NCBI GenBank assembly: GCA_009929525.1
Contig: SAAH01000003.1
Location: forward strand, 13,650 to 77,649
Direction of reading: 5' to 3'
DNA length: 64,000 nt
From: Clostridia bacterium
GTDB taxonomy: Bacteria > Bacillota > Clostridia > Lachnospirales > Lachnospiraceae
Shown here one piece after another: positions 11,269 to 21,037 of the stretch (its first letter is position 1; each line of letters begins with the position of its first letter). A program made the translations under genes and the position numbers. The notes below the pieces were generated by a model. It did no database searches. It was not told the origin of the DNA and saw only the letters and a list, made by a program, of their open reading frames with translations.

Positions 11269-12195
11269 ATGCCTATAAAAATTCAAAAAGATTTACCGGC
11301 ACGGGAGATACTGGAAAAAGAAAATATATTTGTGATGGATGAATCAAGAGCTATGCATCAGGATATCCGTCCGATAAAGATACTTATATTGAATCTGATG
11401 CCGTTAAAGGAAGAGACAGAACTCCAGCTGCTGCGCTCCTTATCAAATACACCTCTGCAGGTGGATGTGACATTCATGGTAGCAAAAAGTCACGAATCGA
11501 AGAATACCTCAACAAGCCATCTGAACAAGTTTTATCTTGGATTTTCCCAGATAAAGGATCAGAAGTTTGATGGCATGATCATCACCGGAGCACCGGTGGA
11601 GCAAATGGAATATGAGGATGTGGATTACTGGGAAGAACTGAAAGAAATCATGGACTGGACAGAAAACCATGTAACTTCAACCCTTCATCTGTGCTGGGCT
11701 GCCCAGGCAGCTTTATATTATCATTATGGCCTGCCAAAAAAACAGCTTCCGAATAAGATGTTTGGATTATACTGGCATAAGGTACAGAATAGAAAAATCC
11801 CGTTGGTGAGAGGATTTGACGATGCATTTTTGGCACCGCATTCCCGTCATACAGAGGTTTCAGCAGATGATATCCATGCATGCAAAGACCTGACGGTACT
11901 GGCTGAGTCAGAGGAAGCAGGAGTGTTCCTTTGCATGGCAGAGGACGGAAGGAAGATCTTTGTTATGGGACACCCGGAATATGATCGGGTGACTTTGGAT
12001 GGTGAATATAAGAGAGATAAGGGAAAAGGATTAGATATCCAGCTTCCAAAAGGATATTATCCGCAGGACGACCCGGAGAACAGACCGTTGCTTTTGTGGC
12101 GCGCGCATGCGAATAATTTGTATACTAATTGGCTCAATTATTATGTTTATCAGTGTACACCTTATGATTTGGATGGGACACCGGATTTTAACTAA
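11269..12195 (+). CDS. metA: homoserine O-acyltransferase (MetA type)
   Basis: N-terminus [11 protein letters not shown]...ENIFVM and the active-site Cys context [12 protein letters not shown] are characteristic of MetA. Confidence 0.9.
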   Translation: MPIKIQKDLPAREILEKENIFVMDESRAMHQDIRPIKILILNLMPLKEETELQLLRSLSNTPLQVDVTFMVAKSHESKNTSTSHLNKFYLGFSQIKDQKFDGMIITGAPVEQMEYEDVDYWEELKEIMDWTENHVTSTLHLCWAAQAALYYHYGLPKKQLPNKMFGLYWHKVQNRKIPLVRGFDDAFLAPHSRHTEVSADDIHACKDLTVLAESEEAGVFLCMAEDGRKIFVMGHPEYDRVTLDGEYKRDKGKGLDIQLPKGYYPQDDPENRPLLLWRAHANNLYTNWLNYYVYQCTPYDLDGTPDFN

Positions 12196-12470
12196 AAAAG
12201 GGCGTAAATAATGGATCAAAAAAGGCTAAGATTTTCAATGTAGTAAAAAATGTAGTGAAGTCATACGAGAGAACACGAAAATCTGGCTGTTTAAATAGTA
12301 TATTTTTTAGTAGGATTATAGATTTTATCTGGATAATATAAACAATATGTGATATATTAAAGAAGTATAAATTGCAAAGCTGAGTTAAGTGCTTAACGGG
12401 CGTCTTCCATTGATTTTGGCTCATATCTATGGATGGATAAAACAGACGTATTTTCTCCAGGGTAAAGAGA

Positions 12471-14501
12471 ATGGAGAAACTGGAAAAGCAAATAAGCACA
12501 AGGTTTGTGAATCAATTTGATAAGGAAGGTGAGCAATTGGAAAACTATACCAAGTATAAGTTGAAAGGGAACGATGAATTGGCATCATTATTGGCCGATA
12601 AAGACGACCTGTTTATCATTGCCTGCAACAAATGCTTCAAAGAATTTGAAACCGTTGACGAGCCGGATTGTGGTGAACTTGAGAAAATCGTAACTGAACA
12701 AGGGAAAACAATCACAGGCTGTGCAAAGGTCGATTTTTTATGCAACAAAACCCATACAGAAAAGCAGTTACAGGATATGATTCCAGAAGGAACTAAAAAT
12801 GTCCTGATCGCATCCTGTGGTCTGGGTATTCAGACAGTTGCAGATTTAGCAAAAGTACCTGTATATGCGGCCAGTAATTCATTAAATTATACAGGACATC
12901 ATGGTATGGCGCTGACAAAGAAAAGTTGTGATGCGTGTGCACAGTGTTACCTGAATATAACAGGTGGCGTCTGTCCTATTGTTGACTGCTCAAAGAGTCT
13001 GGTCAATGGACAGTGCGGAGGCGCAAAGAACGGAAAATGTGAAGTTGACAGCAACAAAGACTGTGCTTGGGAGAAAATCTACAGAAGACTGGAAAAACAG
13101 GGTCGTCTGGAAGAATTTTTAAATCAGCCAGTACAGCTTAGGGACTATTCAAAAGTTAATTTCAAAGTTGTAAATGATTATGTAAAATCTATTCGCGAAG
13201 AAAGATTTGCAGGCTATTATGGCGGTGTTCATCCTTCAGAACGTAAAGAACTCAGTGAACATATTTCCCTGGAGAGATTTCCAGATCCAGAGATCGTGTC
13301 CATTTCAATGTCCCAGCACTTAGGCGCTCCGGCAAATCCTATTGTACAGGTAAATGATACTGTAAAAGTAGGACAGAAAATAGGAGAGGCAGCAGGATTT
13401 ATCAGCAGCCCGATCCATTCAAGTGTCAGTGGTACAGTAATTGCAGTTGAGCCGCGTCTGCATCCAACAAGAGGCGGAGAGGTAATGTCTGTAGTTATCA
13501 AATCAGATGGAAAAAATACCCTGCACGAATCTGTACAGCCACATAAAAATCTTGATAGTCTGACTCCAGACGAAATTATTGAGATCGTACGTGAGGCCGG
13601 AATCGTAGGAATGGGTGGTGCCGGATTCCCGACATCAGTTAAATTAAAACCGGGTAAACCGATCGAAGCCGTTTTATTAAACGGATGTGAATGTGAGCCG
13701 CTTCTTACTGCCGACCATAGAGTACTCTTAGAGTTTGCGGATGATGTGATCTTCGGTTTAAAAGCAATGCTTAAGACGGTAGGTGCTCCAAAAGGTATCA
13801 TCGTTATTGAGGACAATAAAAAAGATGCAATTGAACTGTTAAAAGCAAAGACTGCTGACTGCAGTGATATTGAAGTATTAACAGCTAAGACAAAATACCC
13901 TCAGGGTGCAGAAAAAATGCTGATCAAACGTGTGATGGGAAGACAGGTTCCTCGTGGCGGTCTGCCAGCAGATGTAGGTGCTGTAGTAAGTAATATCAGT
14001 ACAGTAAAAGCAATTTCGGACGCAATTCAAAAAGGCATGCCTTTGGTAGAACGTGTTGTAACCGTAACTGGTGAACATATGAAGAAACCAGGCAATTATA
14101 TCGTGAAGCTTGGTACCAATGTGGCAGAGCTGATTGATCACTGTGGCGGTATTGTCGGTGATGATGTGACTATTAAGATGGGTGGTCCTATGATGGGATT
14201 TGCTCTTTCAGATTTAAATGTTCCAATCCTCAAAGGTTCCAATGGAATTATAGCCATTGAAACTGACCATACTGAGACTGTTGAATGTATCAAGTGCGGA
14301 CGTTGTGTGGATGTGTGTCCTATGGAACTTTCTCCACTTTATTTCGCAAAATACGCAGACGAGCAAAATTGGCAGGGTATGCTGGACAAAAATGTCAGGG
14401 ATTGTGTTGAGTGCAGATGCTGTGAATACATCTGTTCTTCTAAGATTCCGTTAGTTAGTAAGATAAAAGCCGGAAAAAAGGCTATAATGGAGATGAAGTG
14501 A
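12471..14501 (+). CDS. rnfC2: RnfC-like flavin/FeS subunit of methylene-THF reductase, with an N-terminal MetV-like domain
   Basis: Residues ~1-215 are paralogous to the next gene (CAQCYLNITGGVCPIVDCSKSLVNGQCGGAKNGKCEVDS). The remainder is RnfC/NuoF-like (GMGGAGFPT) with two ferredoxin motifs, CIKCGRCVDVCP and CVECRCCEYIC. Confidence 0.8.
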   Translation: MEKLEKQISTRFVNQFDKEGEQLENYTKYKLKGNDELASLLADKDDLFIIACNKCFKEFETVDEPDCGELEKIVTEQGKTITGCAKVDFLCNKTHTEKQLQDMIPEGTKNVLIASCGLGIQTVADLAKVPVYAASNSLNYTGHHGMALTKKSCDACAQCYLNITGGVCPIVDCSKSLVNGQCGGAKNGKCEVDSNKDCAWEKIYRRLEKQGRLEEFLNQPVQLRDYSKVNFKVVNDYVKSIREERFAGYYGGVHPSERKELSEHISLERFPDPEIVSISMSQHLGAPANPIVQVNDTVKVGQKIGEAAGFISSPIHSSVSGTVIAVEPRLHPTRGGEVMSVVIKSDGKNTLHESVQPHKNLDSLTPDEIIEIVREAGIVGMGGAGFPTSVKLKPGKPIEAVLLNGCECEPLLTADHRVLLEFADDVIFGLKAMLKTVGAPKGIIVIEDNKKDAIELLKAKTADCSDIEVLTAKTKYPQGAEKMLIKRVMGRQVPRGGLPADVGAVVSNISTVKAISDAIQKGMPLVERVVTVTGEHMKKPGNYIVKLGTNVAELIDHCGGIVGDDVTIKMGGPMMGFALSDLNVPILKGSNGIIAIETDHTETVECIKCGRCVDVCPMELSPLYFAKYADEQNWQGMLDKNVRDCVECRCCEYICSSKIPLVSKIKAGKKAIMEMK

Positions 14502-14502
14502 T

Positions 14503-15132
14503 ATGTTAATTACCCAATTAAAACCAAAGGAAACTATCGTATCACTGGTGGAAGGAAAGGTTTTTATCATTAACTGCCAGGGATGCAAGGAAGTCAGCTT
14601 CCCGGAAAAAGAAGCAGTAGAATTTCAAAAGGAATTAACTGCTCAGGGAAAAGTGACAGGAATTATTACAACAGATTACATATGTAATCCAGAAAATATG
14701 AAACTGCGTCTTCAGAAACATATGAGTGAAATCGAAGCTGCCGATATGGTGCTTGTATTCTCATGCGGAGTTGGAGTACAGACGATCGCAGAGTATCTGG
14801 AGGACAAAAAGGTATGTGCAGCATGCGATACCTATCCACTGCCTGGATTCCAGGGAGTAACACCGCTGGAGTACGACTGCAAGCAGTGCGGTGAGTGTTA
14901 CCTGAATCTGACCGGCGGAATCTGCCCGATCACAGCATGTTCAAAGAGCCTGGTAAATGGACAGTGCGGCGGTTCTAAGAACGGAAAATGCGAAGTGGAC
15001 AGTGATATGGAATGTGGATGGGAGCGTATTTACAGACGACTTAAACAGATTGGACGTCTGGATGTGTTGAAATGTCCAACACAGATTCGTAATTTCGCAA
15101 CTGATGATGAAGTATCTAAACAAAATAACTAA
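14503..15132 (+). CDS. metV: MetV (methylene-THF reductase C-terminal-domain protein, Zn/FeS-type Cys-rich)
   Basis: CGECYLNLTGGICPITACSKSLVNGQCGGSKNGKCEVDS motif. ATG follows the upstream stop by 1 nt. metF is immediately downstream. Confidence 0.8.
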   Translation: MLITQLKPKETIVSLVEGKVFIINCQGCKEVSFPEKEAVEFQKELTAQGKVTGIITTDYICNPENMKLRLQKHMSEIEAADMVLVFSCGVGVQTIAEYLEDKKVCAACDTYPLPGFQGVTPLEYDCKQCGECYLNLTGGICPITACSKSLVNGQCGGSKNGKCEVDSDMECGWERIYRRLKQIGRLDVLKCPTQIRNFATDDEVSKQNN

Positions 15133-15198
15133 TTAGCAGTATCTGTGAGAAAATCAGGCAGATACGTTAAAATTTATAATGAGTAGGAGCAATGTACA

Positions 15199-16077
15199 AT
15201 GAAAATTACTGAGTTATTTGAACGTGGTGAATTTGTAGTTTCTGCGGAAGTAGGACCACCAAAAGGAATTCATATTGAACATTTGCTGGAGGATGCGAAG
15301 ACTTATTTAAGCGGCATTACCGCTGTAAACGTGACAGATAATCAGTCATCTGTTATGCGTCTTGGTTCACTGGCAACATGTAAGGCTCTGAAAGATGAAG
15401 GACTTACCCCAATCTTCCAGCTGACCTGTCGTGACAGAAACCGTATCGCACTGCAGTCAGACCTTCTGAGTGCTGCGATGTTAGGAATTGATAATCTGCT
15501 GCTGTTAACTGGCGATCACACCAAGATGGGCGATCATCCGCAGGCAAAACCTGTTTTTGACCTTGATTCTGTATCTTTGATCCATGCTGTAAAACAGTTA
15601 GAATCAGGTGTAGACCTTGGTGGAAATGAATTGGTTGGTGAACCACCAAAATTTGCAAAAGGAGCAGTAGTATCTCCTTGCAGCGATTCTGTAGATGCGC
15701 AGTTGGCCAAAATGGAACGTAAAGTTGCAGCAGGCGCTGACTATTTCCAGACTCAGGCAGTATATGAACCTGAGAAATTCATCAAATTTATGGAAAAAGC
15801 AAAACAGTTTGGCAAACCAGTTCAGTTAGGAATCGTAATTCCAAAATCTGTAGGTATGGCCAGATTCATGAATGCAAATGTTGCCGGAGTTCATGTTCCG
15901 GAAGAAATGATTGAAGAGCTGAAAGCAGATAAAGAAAAGACAAAAGCTGGAATCACAGGTGTTGAGATTGCTGCTCGTATTATCAAAGAGTGTAAGCCGT
16001 ACTGTCAGGGTGTACATATCATGGCATTAGGTTGGGAATCGAAAGTACCGGATATTATAAAACTGGCTGGGATCTAG
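15199..16077 (+). CDS. metF: 5,10-methylenetetrahydrofolate reductase
   Basis: 292-aa MTHFR-family protein (AVNVTDNQSS, LLLLTGD, FQTQAVYE motifs). Strong RBS. Confidence 0.85.
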   Translation: MKITELFERGEFVVSAEVGPPKGIHIEHLLEDAKTYLSGITAVNVTDNQSSVMRLGSLATCKALKDEGLTPIFQLTCRDRNRIALQSDLLSAAMLGIDNLLLLTGDHTKMGDHPQAKPVFDLDSVSLIHAVKQLESGVDLGGNELVGEPPKFAKGAVVSPCSDSVDAQLAKMERKVAAGADYFQTQAVYEPEKFIKFMEKAKQFGKPVQLGIVIPKSVGMARFMNANVAGVHVPEEMIEELKADKEKTKAGITGVEIAARIIKECKPYCQGVHIMALGWESKVPDIIKLAGI

Positions 16078-16125
16078 ATTGTAATATAAAAAGTAGTAGT
16101 TTCATTTATTTGAAAACTATACACG

Positions 16126-16169
16126 AAGCCTCTGCATAAACTGTAAAACAGGTATGCAGAGGCTTTTTA
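16126..16169 (+). terminator. intrinsic terminator after metF
   Basis: 13-bp stem AAGCCTCTGCATA (16126-16138) pairs with TATGCAGAGGCTT (16153-16165), then a T tract. Confidence 0.8.
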
Positions 16170-16252
16170 TAAAGGAAAACAATATGGTAAGCGATATGAT
16201 CGCATAGTGCAGTGAAGTAGTGCTTTTTACTGTGCAGTGGAAGGGAATTAGT

Positions 16253-17299
16253 ATGAACGGACAGAAGAAAATCTCAGGACTTGGAATGATAGGACTTATA
16301 TTTACATTAATTGGAGCGTCTTTTTGCATCATAGGGATTGCGGTATTCCTATTTGTAAAAGTTGATGAAGCGGCTATTTTGGGACTGATTTATACACCGA
16401 TCGGGGCAGTCTTTCTGGTCCTGGGATTATTGTTTCTATTTTTACAAAGACGAAAAGAAAAAATGCATAAACAAGTCAGGGAGGCAGGACACTATATCAT
16501 GGCGACTGTAGACCGAGTCATCTGCAATACCAATCTCACATACAATAATATGCATCCGTATATCGTGTATTGCAATTATGTAGACGAGAGAGGCGTCATG
16601 CACCATTTCAAAAGCAGAAATGTAATGTTTAATCCGACGGGAATGTTTCGTGACAATCAGGTGAAAGTTTTTGTAGAATCGGAAAATCTGAAATATTACG
16701 ATGTAGATATCGATTCAATATTACCGAACACCGTGATTCATACAGTCAATGGATATCAGAGTAAAAACAAGGGCGTGTTTTTATGCGGTGTTATATTTAC
16801 AATTATGGGCTCTGTTTTCGCAGGGATTGGACTGGCAATTTCATTGCTGGCAGTTTCTTATCCGGATAGATGGATGTTCTTTTTGATTTTTGGTGGCATT
16901 GGCGGAATCTTCCTGGTGATTGGGATTATTTTTCTGGCAAGAGAACTTCGTAAGAAGTCGCAGGTGAAACGTCTGAAGAACAGCGGAGATTATGTAAATG
17001 CAGTGATTAAAAGTGTAGCAGTTGATTCAAGCATTGAATACGGAGGGATGGCTGGAACTTCTGCGTTGTATAAGAACTTATCGGCAGCAGGCAGCCACGA
17101 ACAGGTATATACGTCGCATCCATTATATTTCCAATGTAGTTATGCAGCACCGGATGGTATCGAGCACATTTTTCGCTCGGAGAGCAAGGTCGGGCTGGAC
17201 CAGGAACGCTATATTGGACAAAACGTAAAAGTGTATTATAAAGGTGATGATTTCAGAAAATATTATGTAGCATTGGAAGAAGTTCACACTTTTTTGTGA
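16253..17299 (+). CDS. membrane protein made of two tandem DUF3592-like modules
   Basis: Two repeats, each with 2 TM helices, a basic stretch and a beta-rich domain (FLQRRKEKMHKQVREAGHYIMATVDRV versus FLARELRKKSQVKRLKNSGDYVNAVIKSV). Start at ATG 16253 after GGAAGGG. Confidence 0.6.
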   Translation: MNGQKKISGLGMIGLIFTLIGASFCIIGIAVFLFVKVDEAAILGLIYTPIGAVFLVLGLLFLFLQRRKEKMHKQVREAGHYIMATVDRVICNTNLTYNNMHPYIVYCNYVDERGVMHHFKSRNVMFNPTGMFRDNQVKVFVESENLKYYDVDIDSILPNTVIHTVNGYQSKNKGVFLCGVIFTIMGSVFAGIGLAISLLAVSYPDRWMFFLIFGGIGGIFLVIGIIFLARELRKKSQVKRLKNSGDYVNAVIKSVAVDSSIEYGGMAGTSALYKNLSAAGSHEQVYTSHPLYFQCSYAAPDGIEHIFRSESKVGLDQERYIGQNVKVYYKGDDFRKYYVALEEVHTFL

Positions 17300-17383
17300 C
17301 GGAATATGGAAATGATGGAAACCAGAGTCATGGGGTAGTGCTTTGGGTTTTTAGAAATAAAGTACAATATATGGGGGATGGAT

Positions 17384-18088
17384 ATGAAAAGTGAGAAAAA
17401 ATATACGCGTATAATTTTTATAATTCTTTCGATAGCAGCATTAGTTGTAATCGGTGTAAAGGCTTATGGCTACCATGTCAAAAGAGAAGAAGTCCGCGAA
17501 AAAGAAGAAAAATATCAGGAAGCCATTTCGTTGATAAAGGATGAGGAATATCAGGAGGCGAGCGATATTCTGAGAAAGATATCTTTATACAAGGACAGTA
17601 AGACACTGCGTGTTTATGCGGATGCCTGTATGGGGATAAAAATTTATGGTCATATGTATTATGATGACTATCTAAGTATCCCGGAAACCTACGATGGTGA
17701 TATGGCGGAAGAAATACTGGAAAAGAGAGCTCAGATCGAGGAGAAAAATGAAGACTACCTTGAGGAGCAGGAGTACCTGGCCCGCAAGGCGGAGGAAGAA
17801 CAAAAAGAGATGGAAAAGCAGGAGGCAAAAGAGAGCGAGTCTTCCAAAGAAAGCTATTCGGCGGGAAGTTTTTTTACTGGTGGGTCAGGAAGTAAAAGTG
17901 GAATTTATGAAGATGGCTATGATGATCATGATAAAAAGGGCACACAAAAAAAAGATACCAAAAAAGAAGACAAATCAATGAACGATGATTATTATGATGA
18001 TTGGGAAGATGAAGATGAAGCTGAGGAATACCTGTATGATTATTATGGAGACGAGGGAAGCGATGAGTACTGGGATGAGGTAGAGTAG
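17384..18088 (+). CDS. single-pass membrane protein with highly acidic low-complexity tail
   Basis: TM helix IIFIILSIAALVVIGV, then E/K coiled-coil-like and D/E/Y-rich sequence. Start ATG 17384 (GGGGGA 17373-17378). ATG 17378 is also possible. Confidence 0.55.
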   Translation: MKSEKKYTRIIFIILSIAALVVIGVKAYGYHVKREEVREKEEKYQEAISLIKDEEYQEASDILRKISLYKDSKTLRVYADACMGIKIYGHMYYDDYLSIPETYDGDMAEEILEKRAQIEEKNEDYLEEQEYLARKAEEEQKEMEKQEAKESESSKESYSAGSFFTGGSGSKSGIYEDGYDDHDKKGTQKKDTKKEDKSMNDDYYDDWEDEDEAEEYLYDYYGDEGSDEYWDEVE

Positions 18089-18232
18089 CAGGAACACCGA
18101 TGTTGATTTTGATCCATATCCAAGTTTTTATTTTAATTCACGGTCTTGTCTGCTATACTATATAGATAAAAGACTAAAATGGAAACGCTGCATCGGTATA
18201 TCAGGGGGAAGAACGCAGGAGGAAATGTGGTT

Positions 18233-19048
18233 ATGGGTTATCAGGAAACAAGGCAGATGACGATCGACGCAAACGAAGAATATTATAATGGAAATACTGG
18301 CTTGTTTTTCAGCTATATGCATCCAAAGGTAGTGATGATCTCTATAGGAGAAGGTCAGATAGTCGAAGGAAAAGAAAATCTGAAAAAGGTATATGGAAGT
18401 TCAATAGAAAGCAGGACCAGATATATGATCTCAGATATGTCATGCAAAGCTTATCCTGTATCCGCAAGAACTTGTTTTACCGTTCTCCAGATGGAATTAT
18501 CATCGTTTCATCCTGATGGGAGTATGAGCAGAGTCAATCAAAGGACTACTGTGTACTGGAATTATTTTCGTGATCTGGCGGCTGGGACAGGAGAGAAGCG
18601 AACCGGCTGGTTTATTATGAATATCCACGTATCTATTGGTCTGAAGACAGATCAGCCGATGATCAGTTTTGAACACTTATCAGAAAATATACGGAGTAAT
18701 ATCATCCAGCAGATGGACACAGACAAAAGAATGACTTTTCATGATCAGAATGGTGCGGTCAATTATATCAGTCCGATTGAGATCGTCTATATAAAGGCGG
18801 ACAAGATTCACTGTGATATCTGGACCGGGCGGGACAAAAAAATCGTAGTCCGCCGTTATATTGCCCAACTTGAGGCGGAACTTGGTGAGGAGTTTTTCAG
18901 GAGCCATAAAAGTTACCTGGTGAATCTTCGCTATGTGAAAGCGATACAAAACAGAGATTTGATACTGTCAAATGACATTGTTGTGCCGGTATCACGCAGG
19001 CAGCTGCCTAAAATCAAGGAATTGCTGGAAAAAATGAAGGAAAAGTAG
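18233..19048 (+). CDS. LytTR-family DNA-binding protein with a non-receiver N-terminal domain
   Basis: C-terminal LytTR signature (FFRSHKSYLVNLRYVKAI). No receiver Asp pocket in the N-terminal ~170 aa. Start ATG 18233 follows GGAGGA. In-frame ATG 18179 lacks an RBS. Confidence 0.7.
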   Translation: MGYQETRQMTIDANEEYYNGNTGLFFSYMHPKVVMISIGEGQIVEGKENLKKVYGSSIESRTRYMISDMSCKAYPVSARTCFTVLQMELSSFHPDGSMSRVNQRTTVYWNYFRDLAAGTGEKRTGWFIMNIHVSIGLKTDQPMISFEHLSENIRSNIIQQMDTDKRMTFHDQNGAVNYISPIEIVYIKADKIHCDIWTGRDKKIVVRRYIAQLEAELGEEFFRSHKSYLVNLRYVKAIQNRDLILSNDIVVPVSRRQLPKIKELLEKMKEK

Positions 19049-19088
19049 AGGAAAGTAGATGAAAATGCAAGGAAAATCAAATTCCCTC

Positions 19089-19116
19089 TTGCAAATCTGG
19101 AATTTTCCTGTAAAAT
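19089..19116 (+). promoter_or_regulatory. sigma-A-type promoter upstream of the ABC-F gene
   Basis: TTGCAA (19089-19094), 16-nt spacer, TAAAAT (19111-19116). Confidence 0.45.
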
Positions 19117-19228
19117 AGTATAGGATTGTTATGAGAGCCGGTGGTCTTGCAAAGATTCCCGGCTTTGAATAACTTTTAACTCTATCATTGGTTCTGAAGG
19201 ATTTTCAAGAGAGAAAAGGATTGATAAC

Positions 19229-20860
19229 ATGATTGCAGCTAATAATGTAACATTACGAATTGGAAAAAAAGCTTTATTTGAAGATGTAAATATTAAGTTC
19301 ACCGAGGGAAACTGCTATGGTTTGATCGGTGCCAATGGAGCAGGAAAATCTACATTTTTGAAGATTTTGTCTGGACAGCTAGAGACTACAAATGGAGATA
19401 TCACCATTACTCCGGGTCAGAGACTTTCCTTCCTGCAGCAGGATCATTTCAAATATGATGCGTATACAGTACTTGATACAGTCATCATGGGAAATGCTCG
19501 CCTGTATGAGATTATGAAAGAAAAAGAATTGATTTATGCAAAAGAAGATTTCACAGAGGATGATGGTATCCGTGCAAGTGAACTGGAAGCAGAATTTGCT
19601 GAGATGGATGGATGGAATGCAGAGTCAGATGCTGAACAGCTTCTGAATGGTCTTGGTATCCCTAATGATGTGCATTATGCACAGATGGCAGATCTGACTG
19701 GTAGCGAAAAAGTAAAAGTCCTTCTTGCTCAGGCATTGTTTGGAAGCCCGGATATCCTGCTTCTCGATGAGCCTACCAACCATTTGGATCTGGATGCGAT
19801 CGCATGGCTTGAAGAATTTTTGATCAATTTCCCGAATACCGTTATCGTGGTATCCCATGACCGTTATTTCCTGAACAAGGTATGTACCCATACGGCTGAT
19901 ATCGATTATGGTAAGATCCAGTTATATGCTGGTAACTATGACTTCTGGTTTGAATCCAGTCAGCTTATTGTTAAGCAGATGAAGGAAGCAAACAAGAAAA
20001 AAGAAGAGAAGATCAAAGAACTGCAGGATTTTATTTCCCGGTTCAGCGCCAATGCTTCTAAGTCAAAACAGGCGACTTCCCGTAAGAAAGCGTTGGAGAA
20101 GATCCAGCTTGATGAGATCCGTCCTTCAAGCAGAAAGTATCCATACATTGATTTTCGACCAAATCGCGAGATTGGAAATGAAGTTCTTATGGTTGAGAAT
20201 CTGTCCAAGACGATCGATGGCGTGAAGATTCTTGATAACATATCGTTTACTCTGAGCAGAGAAGATAAAGTTGCATTCGTAGGTGGAAATGAACTTGCAA
20301 AGACAACCTTATTCAAAATCCTTGTAGGAGAGATGGAGCCGGATTCCGGAACTTACAAATGGGGTGTTACAACATCTCAGACATATTTCCCGAAGGACAA
20401 TACAAAAGAGTTTGACAATGATCTGGTGATCGCAGACTGGCTGACCCAGTATTCAGAGATCAAGGATGTCACATATGTACGTGGATTCCTGGGAAGAATG
20501 CTTTTTGCCGGCGAAGATGGAGTGAAAAAGGTGAAAGTACTTTCCGGTGGTGAGAAAGTAAGGTGTCTTTTATCTAAGATGATGATCTCAGGTGCCAATA
20601 TTCTTATCCTGGATGAGCCTACCAACCATCTGGATATGGAGTCGATCACAGCACTCAACAACGGTTTGATCAAGTTCCCGGGTGTGCTTCTGTTTGCATC
20701 ACACGATCATCAGTTTGTACAGACGATCGCAAACCGTATCATGGAGATCATGCCGAACGGTTCTATGATCGATAAGAATACTTCTTACGATGAATATCTG
20801 GCAAGTGATGAGATGGCTAGAAAACGTCAGGTATATCTGATGGAAGAGGAAGACAACTAA
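19229..20860 (+). CDS. ABC-F family translation-associated ATPase (YbiT/YdiF-like)
   Basis: Two ABC cassettes without TM domains (GANGAGKST, LSGSEKVKVLLAQAL, LLLDEPTNHLD; second set LSGGEKVRCLL, LILDEPTNHLD). Collinear similarity to E. coli YbiT along the whole length, from memory. Confidence 0.9.
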   Translation: MIAANNVTLRIGKKALFEDVNIKFTEGNCYGLIGANGAGKSTFLKILSGQLETTNGDITITPGQRLSFLQQDHFKYDAYTVLDTVIMGNARLYEIMKEKELIYAKEDFTEDDGIRASELEAEFAEMDGWNAESDAEQLLNGLGIPNDVHYAQMADLTGSEKVKVLLAQALFGSPDILLLDEPTNHLDLDAIAWLEEFLINFPNTVIVVSHDRYFLNKVCTHTADIDYGKIQLYAGNYDFWFESSQLIVKQMKEANKKKEEKIKELQDFISRFSANASKSKQATSRKKALEKIQLDEIRPSSRKYPYIDFRPNREIGNEVLMVENLSKTIDGVKILDNISFTLSREDKVAFVGGNELAKTTLFKILVGEMEPDSGTYKWGVTTSQTYFPKDNTKEFDNDLVIADWLTQYSEIKDVTYVRGFLGRMLFAGEDGVKKVKVLSGGEKVRCLLSKMMISGANILILDEPTNHLDMESITALNNGLIKFPGVLLFASHDHQFVQTIANRIMEIMPNGSMIDKNTSYDEYLASDEMARKRQVYLMEEEDN

Positions 20861-20891
20861 TATTTGCTAAATGGTTACATTTATAATGAGT

Positions 20892-20950
20892 AAGGGGCAA
20901 TGCCTGAAGAAAAGATTCTCTTCAAAGGGCATGCCCCTTACCGTTGTTTT
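20892..20950 (+). terminator. intrinsic terminator after the ABC-F gene
   Basis: AAGGGGCAATGCC...GGCATGCCCCTT stem extended by TGAAGA/TCTTCA, followed by CCGTTGTTTT. Confidence 0.7.
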
Positions 20951-20955
20951 AGGGT

Positions 20956-20975
20956 ATATGAAAGGGCGTTCATAT
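20956..20975. promoter_or_regulatory. 7-6-7 inverted repeat, candidate operator upstream of the His-rich CcdA-like gene
   Basis: ATATGAA-AGGGCG-TTCATAT, with perfect 7-bp arms, 62 bp upstream of the start codon. Confidence 0.3.
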
Positions 20976-21037
20976 GTTCATGTATGGACAATATAAGAAA
21001 TAAAGGAATGCCGAAAGGCAAAGAAAGGTGATATAAA

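Noticed and set aside
12196-12470. S-box (SAM-I) or THF riboswitch upstream of the MTHFR cluster, or upstream of metA at 11241-11268
   Set aside because: I could not find the conserved S-box or THF-riboswitch cores by eye. The 28-nt gap before metA is too short. A covariance-model scan would be needed to exclude divergent riboswitches.
19131-19172. 13-codon leader ORF (MRAGGLAKIPGFE) and weak hairpin upstream of the ABC-F gene, as an antibiotic-responsive attenuator of an ARE resistance gene
   Set aside because: The ABC-F protein aligns along its length with housekeeping YbiT/YdiF-type factors, not with Vga/Lsa/Msr/OptrA ARE types. The hairpin is only 6 bp, the SD is weak, and there is no terminator-like T tract.
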